A DNA stretch of 64,000 bases from Eledone cirrhosa (taxonomy: Eukaryota): NCBI GenBank assembly GCA_964016885.1, contig OZ024740.1, positions 42,532,001 to 42,596,000 of the forward strand, written 5' to 3'. Below the pieces are notes generated by a model. It saw only the letters and a program-made list of their open reading frames with translations, had not been told where the DNA came from and made no database searches. The position numbers and the translations under genes are program-made. How positions within the stretch are numbered: position 1 is the first letter of the stretch; the number at the start of each line of letters is the position of its first letter. Below are positions 40,431 to 53,024 of this stretch, in pieces.

Positions 40431-41572
40431 TATAGAAATGGTGGAGGGAGAAATAAATATCTGCATGCAAGTAGCATAACCTTAATCTGACTCGTGTTTG
40501 GGACTGTTACCTCTACTGTCTTCAACACTATACTAGAACCGAAAACTATTATAATTGCCTGAATATACTGTTTCTGTGAAATTAACAAACCTTGATAGTG
40601 TTAACCGGAAGTTGGTATCGTATTTATGGTACGTTGTTCATTGGAAGATATAAATATCACCTAATGGTATTTTGTAGGCGGGTATGTTATATCTGATACA
40701 ATATACCCTGACATTTACAATTATCGTCTGTTAAATCGTTGTACTGCACAGCAATAGAAAATCAACTGGAAAGTTGAGACTAAAACTAAGTGTCAATTTT
40801 CAATTTAAAGAAACCTTTTCCTTCGTGTTGTTACTGTCCTTAACATATGAATATTACAACATCGCATTTGAAATACACAGCATGTGTACCTCACCAAGTG
40901 AAAAAGAATCTAATATCATGTTTGGCAAAACAAAATAAAATCAAACGCGCTTGATACAATGTATCAACATATGAGTTAATAAAACATTTTCATAAGAGGA
41001 CACATTAACCCCACGAATTCACATTTTCCCTCTCATAACGAGCTCAGTTATTATGCAGATGTAAAGATACCACCAATAGACCTTCGCTCGGTAACATGAT
41101 ACACCCTCCAAGAAACCAGCTGCAGTGCAATATCGCTTGAGCAATCTACAAACTAAAACTAAACAAATCTATAAAAAATAACAAAAACAATGTAATGAAA
41201 CAAAAAAAAAAGATTCAGGTTTGCATGATTTAAGTTAGTTATTATTGATTATGTAGCTTGAAAAAAGAATTATATCGCAAATATATTATTTTGTAGATAA
41301 GGTTTATTATTTAACGTTTCATTTATTAGGTAACTATAACCAACTCATGTTTCTACAAAATACTTGCCGCATGTCTTACATATCTTGTGATAATAATAAT
41401 GTATTTCTTTTATCAATAATCAGTGAATAAAAGTTTCGAATAAATGTTTCATGTTACCATATGTGGTGCTAATATTAAGCCTATTATTAAATGTATCGAG
41501 AAAGAAATAGTGTCACATGAAATATGAAGTATGTTGGTCATTAGAACTTATGGATTGTATGATGCAGTTTAA

Positions 41573-41638
<66 letters not shown>

Positions 41639-41668
41639 GTATGTATGTATATATTTAAACTGTATCAT

Positions 41669-41711
<43 letters not shown>

Positions 41712-41802
41712 GTATGTATGTATGTATTTAAACCGTATCATACAATATATATATATATATATATATATATTGTTATACTTTGGGAGGGTCATATATATAT
41801 AC

Positions 41803-41837
<35 letters not shown>

Positions 41838-42087
41838 CATACACACACACACACACGCCCCCCCCCCCCCCCCCACACACACACACATATATATATGTGT
41901 ATACATAAAGAAAAGATCGAGGAACTCTATATTAGTTGCAATCCAAAACTATTATATCAAAACTTAACTGCAATATATGAGAAGCTGGATACATATGTAA
42001 AACTTTCATTGACTTTATATGGGAATTAAAAAGTCAATTGAACAAAAGAACTGAAACTGTAAACCAATCTATTCTCCATTATATATA

Positions 42088-42670
42088 AGGGCGGTGGATT
42101 GGCAGTATCGGTAGAGGGTCGGATGCCATGCTTTGCAGCATAGAGATACGCCCCTATATGATCTGAGGTCAAATGCCACCGAGGTTAACTTTGCCTTTCA
42201 TTCTTACAGGGTCGACGATAAAATAAAGTACCAGTAACACACTGGGATAATTGCCGGCCTTGTGCCAAAAGTAGAAACAATTATAAGGGCGGTGGATTGG
42301 CAGTATCGGTCGAGGGTAGGATGCCATGCTTTGACGCATACAGTTACGGCTCTTACCATTCTGAGTTCAAATCCCGCCGAGGTTAACTTTGCCTTTCATC
42401 TTTATGAGGTCGATAAAATAAAGTACCAGTAATCGACTGGTTAATTACTGGCTTTTTGCCAAAAGTAGAAACAATTATATATAAGAGACGGTGGATTGGC
42501 AGTATCGGTAGAGGGTCGGACGCCATGCTTTGACGCATAGAGTTACGGCCCTTGCCATTCTGAGTTCATATCCCGCCGAGGTTAACTTTGCCTTTCATCC
42601 TTACGGGGTCGATAAAATAAAGTACCAGTAATGTACTGGGTATTTGCTGGCCTAAAGTAGAAATAATTTT
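42088..42670 (+). mobile_element. Head-to-tail trimer of the SINE
   Basis: Three ~195-bp units starting near 42088, 42287 and 42487. Confidence 0.9.
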
Positions 42671-42989
42671 AGAGAAACATAACAGGTCCATTTATGTTGC
42701 TATCTCTTGGAAAACTGTTGATGCTGATATACTTATTTAGAAAAGTCGATAATGGAACGTATCTATCTGAAAGGGAAAAAAACTGTTTCGTATATACCTG
42801 TGCGCGTGCGTATGCGTGTGTGTGTGTGTGAGTGTGTGTTATTATACGTCCATGTTTATATGTGTGTGTATATGTAAGTAAAAGAGTGTGTGTGTGTGTA
42901 CTTGTAAGTACGCAGCTGTGAGCAAAAATATGTTAATATAAGGGTGTGTGTTTGTGTGAGCTATGAAGGGAAAAGTAGAGGTATGTATG

Positions 42990-44050
42990 TGTATTTAGTT
43001 GGTCTGTATCAGTTGTAAGAGTATATGTTTCTGACCATAAGAGAGTCTTAGGAATCTAGGGGTGAATGTACAAGCGCGTGTGTGATAACGGGCGGGGTAA
43101 ACGTGACGGGGCAAGGGATAGAAAAGTAACCATGAACATATATGTGTAATATGAGAACAATTGAGTAGGGGAGTTGATTCCATTGTGGAAACAGGACCCA
43201 AGGCGGAAAATCCGACCCTGTTCAGTCCTGGTGCGCGAGGTATGTGATCCGTGATGTAAAAGAGCACCAAGGACTGAGACATGTGGGGAAGAGTGACTTG
43301 GAGAACGGAAATGACGAGCGATGGAAGTATCCATACCGAGTCGTATGTCCTTCAAATGTTCGGCAAAACGGTCTGCCAAACGACGTCCCGTGTATCCAAT
43401 GTATAAAGACCTGCAAAGGGAACACCGGATGCCATAGACTACGTGGGTGGAGGTGGAGGTGAAGGAGTGGCGGATACGGAATAAACCGTTGGTGCCTGTG
43501 AGAGTGGCGAGGTTGGACAGGAAAGGAGAGGTTTACAGCGGGGGCGAGAAGAAGGATGAGAGCAGGGTGGAGTCGTAGGAGAGGACGAGAAGGAACTGCG
43601 TACCAGGAGGTCACAGAGATTACGGGCGTAGGAAAAAAGCGAGAAGTGACGGGGTCAGAAGAGAGGTTGCGGAAGAAACAGAAATTATATCGCTGGAGAG
43701 GTAGGGTATTAGTGTGGTAGGTGAGAGGGCAGGGAAGGTGGATGTTGGGAGGGAGTGACAGGGCTGTGGTACGGTCGGTTTTGCGGGCGTGGTTGAGGGA
43801 AGCTTTGATCAAGGGGAGGGGGGATATCCACGCTGGATGAATCGGGAGGCCATGTGAAGGAATGTGTTTCGAAACCGTGGTCTTGGCTACAGAGCCGACG
43901 AAGACGCGGAATTGGGAGCAGGGTAAGGAGAGTTTTGTTTGGATTGGATGGGAGGAGGTGAAGCCGAAGTAAGAGTGAGAGTCAGTAGGTTCATAGAAGA
44001 TGAAAGTAGAGAGGGTGTTGGGTGTAGTATTTGTGATCGATAGAGAGATT
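42990..44050 (-). mobile_element. PLE 3' fragment, Neptune-like (RT thumb plus GIY-YIG), frameshifted
   Basis: FYEPTDSHSYFGFTSSHP...SLPCSQF; VVYGIRCSLCRSLYIGYTGRRLADRFAEHLKDIR; RTRTEQGRIFRLG...GIN. Confidence 0.88.
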
Positions 44051-44157
44051 AAAAGTGGCAATGTGTTTATTGTTTTGTCAAGAAAGAAAGACAGATAGTG
44101 TGAGAAAGAGCCAGTGAGAGAGAGCAACAGAGAGAATGAGAAAGAGGAAGAGTTCAC

Positions 44158-45009
44158 AGACGCCCAACAATTGGAAAATCTGAAAAATGATTCCTGGAGG
44201 TAACCAGACCTACGAATCTATCGACAAAGTTGTCAACGAGGACGACGCTGTTCAGTATCCCGTTGAATTTCTCAAGAGTATGGAACCTATCTGGTATGCC
44301 GCCAAACAATCTTGAATTGAAGAAAGGCGCAGTCATCATGAAACTTGAATCAGCCAAGATTGTGCAATGAGACGCGTGTGGCTGTGGCTGAACTAGAGCC
44401 CCACATTATCGAAGCCAACATCCTTACTGGGTGTGGCAAGGGAGCAATAGTATTTATACATAGAATATCGATAATACCAACAGTTGTCCTCTTTCGTTTC
44501 AAACAATTGCAATTCCCAGTGAGAGTCCTTTACGCAATGACCATCAACAAGTCCCAAGGTCAAACATTGAAGGTGGTCTGTGTCCATGTAGAAGAGGGCT
44601 GTTTCTCACATGGTCAATTATATGTTCCAACAATTGTGCGCGAGTAGGAAGGCCCCACAAACACTTCATATATGCCCCAGGGAAAATGTTAGGAACATTG
44701 TATATATTACAATTCTGTAAATGTTTTATGATTTTCGTAGAATACATTTTTCTATTATTTTCTTTATTACTTTCCGTATTAAGATATTCTAAACAAATGT
44801 GTTTGTTTGTTTATTTGCTCACTTAATTTTCAATAAAATTAGCCAGCATGTGTACTCTTAAATGTAATTCTCAGGGAGATTCAGCAGGACGCCGTGTTTG
44901 ACAAGGCTGAATACAAGGCTTTGTATTTCACACAAAAATACGATGAAAAGAAGAAAGAATGAACACCAATATATCGACACACATTCCAAGGCAACACCAG
45001 GTACTTCTG

Positions 45010-45013
<4 letters not shown>
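44158..45013 (+). mobile_element. Helitron 3' fragment (PIF1-like helicase C-terminus and 3' terminus)
   Basis: QYPVEFL; LCN.TR; QFPVRVLYAMTINKSQGQTLK; FSHGQLYV. Decayed terminus GGCAACACCAGGTACTTCTGCTAA matches the other Helitron ends in the window. Confidence 0.9.
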
Positions 45014-45072
<59 letters not shown>

Positions 45073-46227
45073 TTTGATACAAAAATCTTTGAAGGCTGGT
45101 GTTCCCTCAGCGCAGTCGCTACCGTATTTTTCGATCAGGGAATTGTTACAGTAAAACATATGCTGAATTGAATGTGACAAATATTGGGAGAACATTACAG
45201 TTGTTAGTGTGAGAAAATTACAAGCTTGCTTTTATATTTAAGCACCTAATCTTTTATTAAGCAGACAGAATTTGTTATACTCAATCACTTTAAAATAATT
45301 GATATCTTTATTGCATTATTATATTCAGATATCAAAACATCTGTTATATATACGTCTCCACGAACAAAACAAAAATAGTCTCAATCTCTCAAAACGAATT
45401 TATTTTACGTAACCATTTCAACAAATGATTTTATTACAGAGACACATTGAACCTATACATCCACATCCGAGAAATAAATAAGTTAACTAATTTGTCAATT
45501 TGGATAATTTCGAAATAGTCACGTAACTTGTGAGTTACAATATATGAAGAGGAGAAAGGTTGAATCGGAAATATGTTTTAAGTTCTGGTGTGTGATTATA
45601 TCAACACACTTAGCAACACTTAAATATTGTATATTTTGTGTTTGGGTATAGTGTTCAACGATGTCGTTTGCTATATGAATTAAGATATATTGAACAAATA
45701 TAGGTTCCAATCAATACCAATGTGTGAAATATAACTTTAAATGTTGAGTTTGTTTAATATTTAATATGTGGGATATGGATTTAATAAGGACATAGTTTAA
45801 AATACGAAATATTTGTCAACATCTTCCTTTGGCTTTACATATGGAGTTAAAAGAATGGCAAACATATACACTGAAGCATGTATGACATAATGAAAGCCAC
45901 GTCAGAAGAAACATTTGTAGTTGCAATGAAGGTAGCAGAGGTAAAGTTATAAAACGGACATCTATCATGTTTGGTTGTAACCCATTAAATGAAAGGTTGA
46001 ATGGGTTCAATTATTATTATATAGTAACACAAATCTTTCATTAAAAAAGTGACAACAAAAAAAATGATCAACTTATAACTTTACTTCTGCTACCGTTAAT
46101 GCAAATTACGGCGTCAATAAAATATAGCACCAGTAATGCACTGGGATCGATTTAATCGACTTTCCCCTCTCCCCAAATTGCTGGCCTTGTGCCTATAGTA
46201 GAAATCATTATTATTATTATTATTATT

Positions 46228-48255
46228 GTTCTTTGAGTCTCAGTCATTGATGTTAGTTAACTGGAAAGTTCGTTGAAATGAATATCAAGCCACTACCTGC
46301 AGCCTCAGATATTCAGGGCGTATCGGAGGGTTCTTGCTTTTCCCAGCAAGCATGCCTTTTGAAGTGTTCCAAAAAGCGGGGCGGGGCCAATTTTCTTTAA
46401 CCATCCCTGGAAACTTTTTGAGATAGTACCTAGTGCGCCTATGACAATCGGGACCATTTTGACTTCATGGCAGTTCCAAATCCTTTTTACCTCCCACTTT
46501 AAGTCCTGGTATCGGTTAATTTTCTCCCTCTCCTTCTCTTGCACTCTCGTGTCGAATGGGCAGGCTACATCCACAATCAAGCACGATCTTTTTTCCTTGT
46601 CCAAAACCACCAGGTCAGGTCTATTGTGTTCCAGTTTCTTGTCCGTCTGTATCCTAAAATCCCACAGCACCTTCACCTGATCGTTTTCTATCACCGACTC
46701 TGGCTTATGCTCATACCACTTCTCAGAATGTGGTAAATTGTTTACTTTGCATAGGTGCCAGTGGATCACCCTGCCCATCACATCATGTCTCCAGCCTTTA
46801 TAGTGAGTCTGGGTTAGGTGTTTACACTCGGATACAATGTGAGCCACAGTCTCCTCTCTCTCTCTCTCCACAGATCCTGCACAGTGGGCTAGCCTCCTCC
46901 CTGTAAATATGGTGTCTCAACCACTTCGTTTTGAGGGCCTGCTCTTACGCAGCTATTAGCATTACTTCTGTAGCCTTTTTAAGGTCTCCTCTTTTCAACC
47001 AGTTCCATGTCTGTGGATCTCTAAATTCAGTTTTCTCAAAGAAGGTACTATGAAGGGGTTTTTCCATGAAGGTTACACTTTCCACTTGTTGTTATTTCCT
47101 CCCTCGACATCCCCTGGTCTATTGTCCTCTCCTTCAGTACAATTCTTAGCATTGGCCCCATACTATCAGTCACGTATTTGTGTAGGGTGTTTTTCTCTAT
47201 CTGAACACAGTCTTCTATGCTGATAAGACCTCTTCCACCTTCAGATCTCCTTAAGTAAAGTCTATCGACATCACTCCTTATGTGGAACATGTTGTAGATA
47301 GTCAATAGATTCCTAGTCTTCCTATACATTTCTTTTTGTTCAGCAACATTCCATCTCAGAATTTCCGCACTGTACCTAATAATAGACACAGCTCGGGAAT
47401 TTACTGCACTTATGGCATTCCTACTGTTCAGATGTGACTTTAATACGCTCCTTACTCTCCGAATGTATTCAGATCTTATCAATTCCTTCATTTTTTTGTT
47501 CTTGATGTCATCAGACTCCACAACACCTAAATATTTGTATCTTTCTTCAGTATCAATTTCCTTTATCCTCTCACCTGTTGGTACCTGGATTCCATTGCTT
47601 CTGCTCAATTTACCCCTCTTCATCACAAGGACTCCACACTTACTAATACCAAATTGCATACATATATCATTGCTGAAAATACGGACAGTCTCAACAAGCA
47701 CATCCAACTCCTTCTCACTCTTCCTGAAGAGCTTAGGATCGTCCATGAAGAGGAGGTGTATGGTGGTAAGCTCTCCCTTTCCCAACTTGTATCCTACTCT
47801 CACTTTTCGCAGTATAATGGTCAGATCTCTAGGCTTTTGGTTATCCAAGAATGAGGTACCATGTCGAATGCCTTTTTGTAGTCTATCCATCCCATGGCAA
47901 GACCAGTGTGTCTCCTCCTGCAATACCTTATTACCATCTTATCAATAAGTAACTGGTCCTTTGTACCACGGGTCTTCTTTCGGCATCCTTTCTGTTCGTC
48001 CTGTAGCAAGTTGTTTATGTGGAGGTGATGGTAGATTTCCTCAGACACAATGCTTGTTAACAGTTTCCACATTACGAACAGACATGTGATAGGTCTATAG
48101 TTGGTAACATCATTACTCTTGGTTCGGTCTTTCATTACCAGAACTGTGGTACCTTTTGTCAACCACTCTGGTACCTCACCTGACATCAAACAGTCATTGA
48201 ACATGGTTGTCAGTTTCGGGTGGAGAGATGTTATATTTTTAATCCAAAACTGTAA
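46228..48255 (-). mobile_element. R4/Dong-clade non-LTR retrotransposon, family A, 5'-truncated with ~150-bp internal deletion
   Basis: RT and RLE fragments close to 48501-51875; 3' end at the (ATT)n tail of a SINE remnant (46118-46227). Confidence 0.9.
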
Positions 48256-48371
48256 TCTTATGTTTCATTTGTAATAAGAATTATTCTATTACAGTTGTTT
48301 TAAATATGTAAAAATCAAAAACTTACGGGAGCGATTCCATAATGCTATATCCACCATGTGATCCTCTTCCC

Positions 48372-48414
<43 letters not shown>

Positions 48415-48424
48415 GTTATTGTTA

Positions 48425-51400
48425 TTCCTTGAATCTCAGTCATTGATGTTGGTTAACTGGAAAGTCCGTTGGATTGAATATCAAGCCACTACCTGCAGCC
48501 TCAGATATTCAGGACGTATCGGAGGGTTCGTGCTGTTCCAAGCAAGCATGCCTTTTGAAGCGTTCCAAAAAGCGTGAAGGGGCCGATTTTCTTTAACCAT
48601 CCCTGGAAACCTTTGGAGATAGTCCCCAGTGCGCCTATGACAATCGGGATCACTTTGACTTCATGGCAGTTCCAAATCCTTTTCACCTCCCATTTTAGAT
48701 CCTGGTATCGGTTAATTTTCTCCCTCTCCTTCTCTTGCACTCTCGTGTCGAACGGGCAGGCCACATCCACAATCAGGCACGATCTTTTTTCTTTGTCCAT
48801 AACCACCAGGTCAGGTCTATTGTGTTCCAGTTTTTTGTCCGTCTGTATCCTAAAATCCCACAGCACCTTCACCTGACTGTTCTCCATCACCGCCTCTGGC
48901 CTATGCTCATACCATTTCTCAGAATGTGGTAGATTGTTTACTTTGCACAGGTGCCAGTGGATCACCCTGCCCATCACATCGTGTCTCCAGCCCTTATAGT
49001 GGGTCTGGGCTAGGTGTTTACACTCGGACACAATGTGAGCCACAGTCTCCTCTCTCTCTCCACAGATCCTGCACAGTGGGCTAGCCTCCTCCTTGTAGAT
49101 ATGGTGCTTCAACCACTTCGTTTTGAGGGCCTGCTCCTGCGCAGCCATTAGCATTCCTTCTGTAGCCTTTTTGAGGTCTCCTCTTCTCAACCAGTTCCAT
49201 GTCTGTGGATCTCTAAATTCAGTTTTCTCAAAGAAGGTACTATGAAGGGATTTTCCCTTAAGGCTGCTCTTCCTCCTTGATGTTATTTCCTCCTTGGACA
49301 TCCCCTGGCCTACTGTCCCCTCCTTCAGTACAGTTCTGAGCATTGGCTCCTTATTATAGGTCACGTATTTGTATAGGTTGTTTTTCTCCATCTGAACACA
49401 GTCCTCTATGCTGATAAGACCTCTTCCACCCTCAGATCTCCTTAGGTAGAGTCTATCGACATCACTTCTCTTGTGGAACATGTTGTAGATAGTCAATAGC
49501 TTCCTAGTCTTCCTATCCATTTCTTTTTGTTCAGCAACATTCCATCTCAGAATTCCCGCACTGTACCTAATAATAGACACAGCTCGGGAATTTACTGCGC
49601 TTATGGCATTTCTGCTGTTCAGATGTGACTTCAATACGCTCCTTACTCTCCGAATGTATTCAGTTCTTAACAATTCCTTCATTTTTTTGTTCTTTATGCC
49701 ATCAGCCTCCAGAACGCCCAAATACTTGTATCCTTCCTCAGAGTCAATTTCCTTTATCATCTCACCTGTTGGTATCTGGATCCCGTTACTTCTGCTCAAC
49801 CTACCCCTCTTCATCACAATGACTCCACATTTACCAATACCAAACTGCATACATATATCACTGCTGAAAATACGGACAGTGTCAACAAGCACATCCAACT
49901 CCTTCTCACATTTCCCGAAGAGCTTAAGATCGTCCATGAAGAGGAGGTGATTGATGGTAAGCTCTCCCCTTCCCAACTTGTATCCTGCTCTCACTTTTCG
50001 CAGCATAATGGTCAAGGGCATCAGGGCAAGGACAAACAACAGAGGGGACAGGCTATCTCCCTGGAAGATACCTCTCTTGATCTTCACGCTTCCCAAGGAT
50101 ACTCCAGTTGATGTCAACTCTGTCTCCCAGGACCCCATACTCCTGCCCAGCAACTGTCTGAAGACCTCCAGGCTTTTGGTGATCCAGGAATGAGGCACCA
50201 TGTCAAATGCCTTTCTGTAGTCTATCCATCCCATGGCAAGATCAGTGTGTCTCCTCCTGCAATTCCCCATTACCATCTTATCAATAAGCAACTGGTCCTT
50301 TGTACCACGTGACTTCTTTCGGCATCCTTTCTGTTCGTCCGGTAACAAGTTGTTTGTGTGGAGGTGATGGTAGATTTCCTCAGACACAATGCTCGTCAAC
50401 AGTTTCCACATTACGGGCAGACATGTGATAGGTCTATAGTTGGTAACATCATTACCCTTGATTCGGTCTTTCATTATCAGAACTGTGGTACCTTTTGTCA
50501 ACCACTCTGGCACCTCACCCGACACCAAGCAGTCATTGAACATGGCCGTCAGCTTCGGGTGGAGGGATGTTAAATGTTTAATCCAATACCCCTGCACACC
50601 ATCTGGGCCTGGTGATTTCCAGTTGGTTAGTTTTTTGGCTTGCCCCTTAAGAGTTTCAACTGTGATACTCAAATCAGTCTGTTGTTGTGCCTTCTCACCG
50701 ATCTCCCTCTGTACTGTCTCAATCCACCCTGCCTGGGCATTGTGTCTAACATCCTGCTCCCATATTCCTCTCCAGAATGTTTTAGCTTGTTCCGCCCCAG
50801 GGATCAAGTCGTTGCCTCTTTCTTTCCCCTCAAGCTGTCCAAACAGCATCTTCTGGTTGTTGTCGAACATGCGGTTCTGTTTATACTGACTGACTCTGTT
50901 CTCGTATCGCCTGATTTTGGCACTCTTTGCTACAATGCGTTGCTTCAATTCCTCTATGATAATATTTAGCTTTTTACTCCTAGTTTTGTATTTTATTTCC
51001 AGTCTATTTTTAGTGCCTATGTTTTTTAGTGTCCCATTCAGTAGTGACTCAAGCTTTCCTATGTCATTTCTCATTTCCCCGATTTGCCCACTCAGTCGCT
51101 TCTTCCACCACGGCTCTGCTCTTTCTTGTCTGTTGTTTCCTCTCGCTTTTATACCAAGTAGTTTCCTCACCGTATTTGCTGTTGCTTTGAGGATATTGTT
51201 GCACTGGTGAAGACTCCTCGCCTCAAGGTATGGGATGACTTTGTTTACCTTAGCTGTTGTTTCTTTTAACTTTTTCCTGTCTACAAATCTTAGGTTCATA
51301 GGTCTCCCACTATCATTGTTCAATTCATCTACCACTAGATTTAGGATGTCAACCGAATCTTGTCCTAGCCCGTCAGCATTCATCTCCTCAGTGGCCGTAT

Positions 51401-52010
51401 CTCTGTTCCAGGTATTATTTATCTCAGTATTCAGATCATTGTCTGCTTCGGGTGGTTCCTCCGTTCTCAGGACCTCCTCACCTTCATTTCCCACCGGCTC
51501 GCTTGTCTGGCATACTACACCCGCCATCTCCAAGCCATTCTCTCTGCTCAGTTCCTCCAGTTCCAGCTCGCTTATCCACCCATTAGTTCTTATTACCCGA
51601 GCCTGCCCGGCCAATTTTTGTTCATCTAATTTAAATAAACCAATCTCGTTCCAGATGTTATGCATCCGTCTCCTGTAGCCCCTCTCCTTGGGGTTACTTT
51701 TCAGGTAGCATTGCATAACAGTTCTATTCAATTCTTTCGTCCAGTTGGTTCTGGCCCCTTTCCTTCTTCTTCTTCCTCCAACATCAGCAGTATTTGGTTG
51801 ACAGTCAGGTTCCTGCTGCTGAGCCAGGGGGCACCTGTTGGGTGAGAGTCTGTCACATGACGTTCTAGTCTCCATTTCACCGTTATTCGAACTGTTTATG
51901 TTCGATATTTAAACACTCTTATCGAGGATTGGCGAATGTATGTTTACATAGCCATCTGTGGATCCGCCATCCCACTTGGCCTTTGTGTGGCATTATCACC
52001 ACGCTGTATA
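48425..52010 (-). mobile_element. R4/Dong-clade non-LTR retrotransposon, family A, apparently full length
   Basis: Single ORF, short 3' UTR, 3' end at (TAA)n. The 5' boundary is approximate. Confidence 0.92.
48501..51875 (-). CDS. Retrotransposon ORF: reverse transcriptase, CCHC knuckle and restriction-like endonuclease (1124 aa)
   Basis: KSPGPDG, NYRPITCL, EQKG, WIDYRKAFD, GIFQGDSLSP, LFMDD, YKYLG; CRIC...ETVAHIVSEC...RHD; RPDLV, IVDVACP, EKINRY. Confidence 0.96.
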   Translation of the reverse strand: METRTSCDRLSPNRCPLAQQQEPDCQPNTADVGGRRRRKGARTNWTKELNRTVMQCYLKSNPKERGYRRRMHNIWNEIGLFKLDEQKLAGQARVIRTNGWISELELEELSRENGLEMAGVVCQTSEPVGNEGEEVLRTEEPPEADNDLNTEINNTWNRDTATEEMNADGLGQDSVDILNLVVDELNNDSGRPMNLRFVDRKKLKETTAKVNKVIPYLEARSLHQCNNILKATANTVRKLLGIKARGNNRQERAEPWWKKRLSGQIGEMRNDIGKLESLLNGTLKNIGTKNRLEIKYKTRSKKLNIIIEELKQRIVAKSAKIRRYENRVSQYKQNRMFDNNQKMLFGQLEGKERGNDLIPGAEQAKTFWRGIWEQDVRHNAQAGWIETVQREIGEKAQQQTDLSITVETLKGQAKKLTNWKSPGPDGVQGYWIKHLTSLHPKLTAMFNDCLVSGEVPEWLTKGTTVLIMKDRIKGNDVTNYRPITCLPVMWKLLTSIVSEEIYHHLHTNNLLPDEQKGCRKKSRGTKDQLLIDKMVMGNCRRRHTDLAMGWIDYRKAFDMVPHSWITKSLEVFRQLLGRSMGSWETELTSTGVSLGSVKIKRGIFQGDSLSPLLFVLALMPLTIMLRKVRAGYKLGRGELTINHLLFMDDLKLFGKCEKELDVLVDTVRIFSSDICMQFGIGKCGVIVMKRGRLSRSNGIQIPTGEMIKEIDSEEGYKYLGVLEADGIKNKKMKELLRTEYIRRVRSVLKSHLNSRNAISAVNSRAVSIIRYSAGILRWNVAEQKEMDRKTRKLLTIYNMFHKRSDVDRLYLRRSEGGRGLISIEDCVQMEKNNLYKYVTYNKEPMLRTVLKEGTVGQGMSKEEITSRRKSSLKGKSLHSTFFEKTEFRDPQTWNWLRRGDLKKATEGMLMAAQEQALKTKWLKHHIYKEEASPLCRICGEREETVAHIVSECKHLAQTHYKGWRHDVMGRVIHWHLCKVNNLPHSEKWYEHRPEAVMENSQVKVLWDFRIQTDKKLEHNRPDLVVMDKEKRSCLIVDVACPFDTRVQEKEREKINRYQDLKWEVKRIWNCHEVKVIPIVIGALGTISKGFQGWLKKIGPFTLFGTLQKACLLGTARTLRYVLNI

Positions 52011-52334
52011 CGAACACACATAAACAAACAAACACACGGGCAGAAAGGGCCCCAAAAATGAATAAGCATAAGTTTCATTGTAATGTAGTATTCGAATGTC
52101 TGACTTAGTTTTTGTTTTTTAAGTTTTACTTTTTCCCCCCTCTTCTCTGTCCGTCCGCCTGCTTCTCTCTTCATTCTTATTTTCTTTACGTTTTTGGGGT
52201 TTCTTTTTTTGTTTTTGTTTTTCTCTGTTTGTTTTTCTCGTTTTTTGCTGTTGTTGCTGTGCTGCTTTGGTTTTGTTGTTTGTTTTTTCTTTTTTCTTTT
52301 GAGTCTATCTATATATTTTGATGCCTTCCTCTTT

Positions 52335-52954
52335 GTTAGTAGTAGGGATTCTATAATGTGGAAGTAGTAGCAGCCAGCAGGGAGAAGTGGGAGGCTGGCG
52401 GCGCTGGCGATACTGAGACAGTGGTGGTGGTGATGTCGATACCGAGGCAGTGGTGGCGGTGATGCGACCGTATTACTGTAGTGATGGTGCTGTAGCGGTG
52501 GCAGCAGCAGTGAAGGAGTCAAGGGGTGGTGGCGGCGGTGATGGGATAGTGGTGGTAATGATGGCCGTAGTGAGCGGTGGCGGTGAAGGTGAAAATGCTG
52601 TTGTGTTTAGTGTACACAGATGATAGGGTGGGTGGTGTATCTAGTTTCTGGTGCTGGTGAGTTTAGCTGTCCTATATAGTGTAGCCAGAGGAGAGGGGGG
52701 CGGGGGGGTTCTTCTTCTTCCATTTATAGCCATTTTTTTTTTGGATATACAGTGTACAATACAAAGTTGAATATTTGAATATTTGAGCCTTATACCAATA
52801 TATTTTGGGTCCGAATTTTTTGGGGCTCAAGCCGGGTGCTTTACGTAGCATTTGTACTAAGAGTTGTTATTTCACAAATGATTTAAATATGTTAAAAATT
52901 CAAAACTTACGGGAGCGATTTCATGACCTGCGTCACCTCGTGCGTCTTCTTCCC
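52335..52954. repeat. Unclassified spacer repeat preceding (ATT)n; related copies at 48255-48372, 57300-57822 and 62170-62806
   Basis: Shared GGT-rich block, TTTAGTGTACACAG, and terminal AAAACTTACGGGA...TCTTCCCT (terminus absent from the 57 kb copy; only the terminus present at 48 kb). Confidence 0.75.

Positions 52955-53022
<68 letters not shown>

Positions 53023-53024
<2 letters not shown>

Noticed and set aside
42088-42670. Regularly spaced repeats as a CRISPR-like array
   Set aside because: Whole ~195-bp SINE units with no unique spacers, in eukaryotic DNA.
44345-44647. Host PIF1 helicase gene
   Set aside because: Intronless, frameshifted fragment followed by a Helitron terminus.
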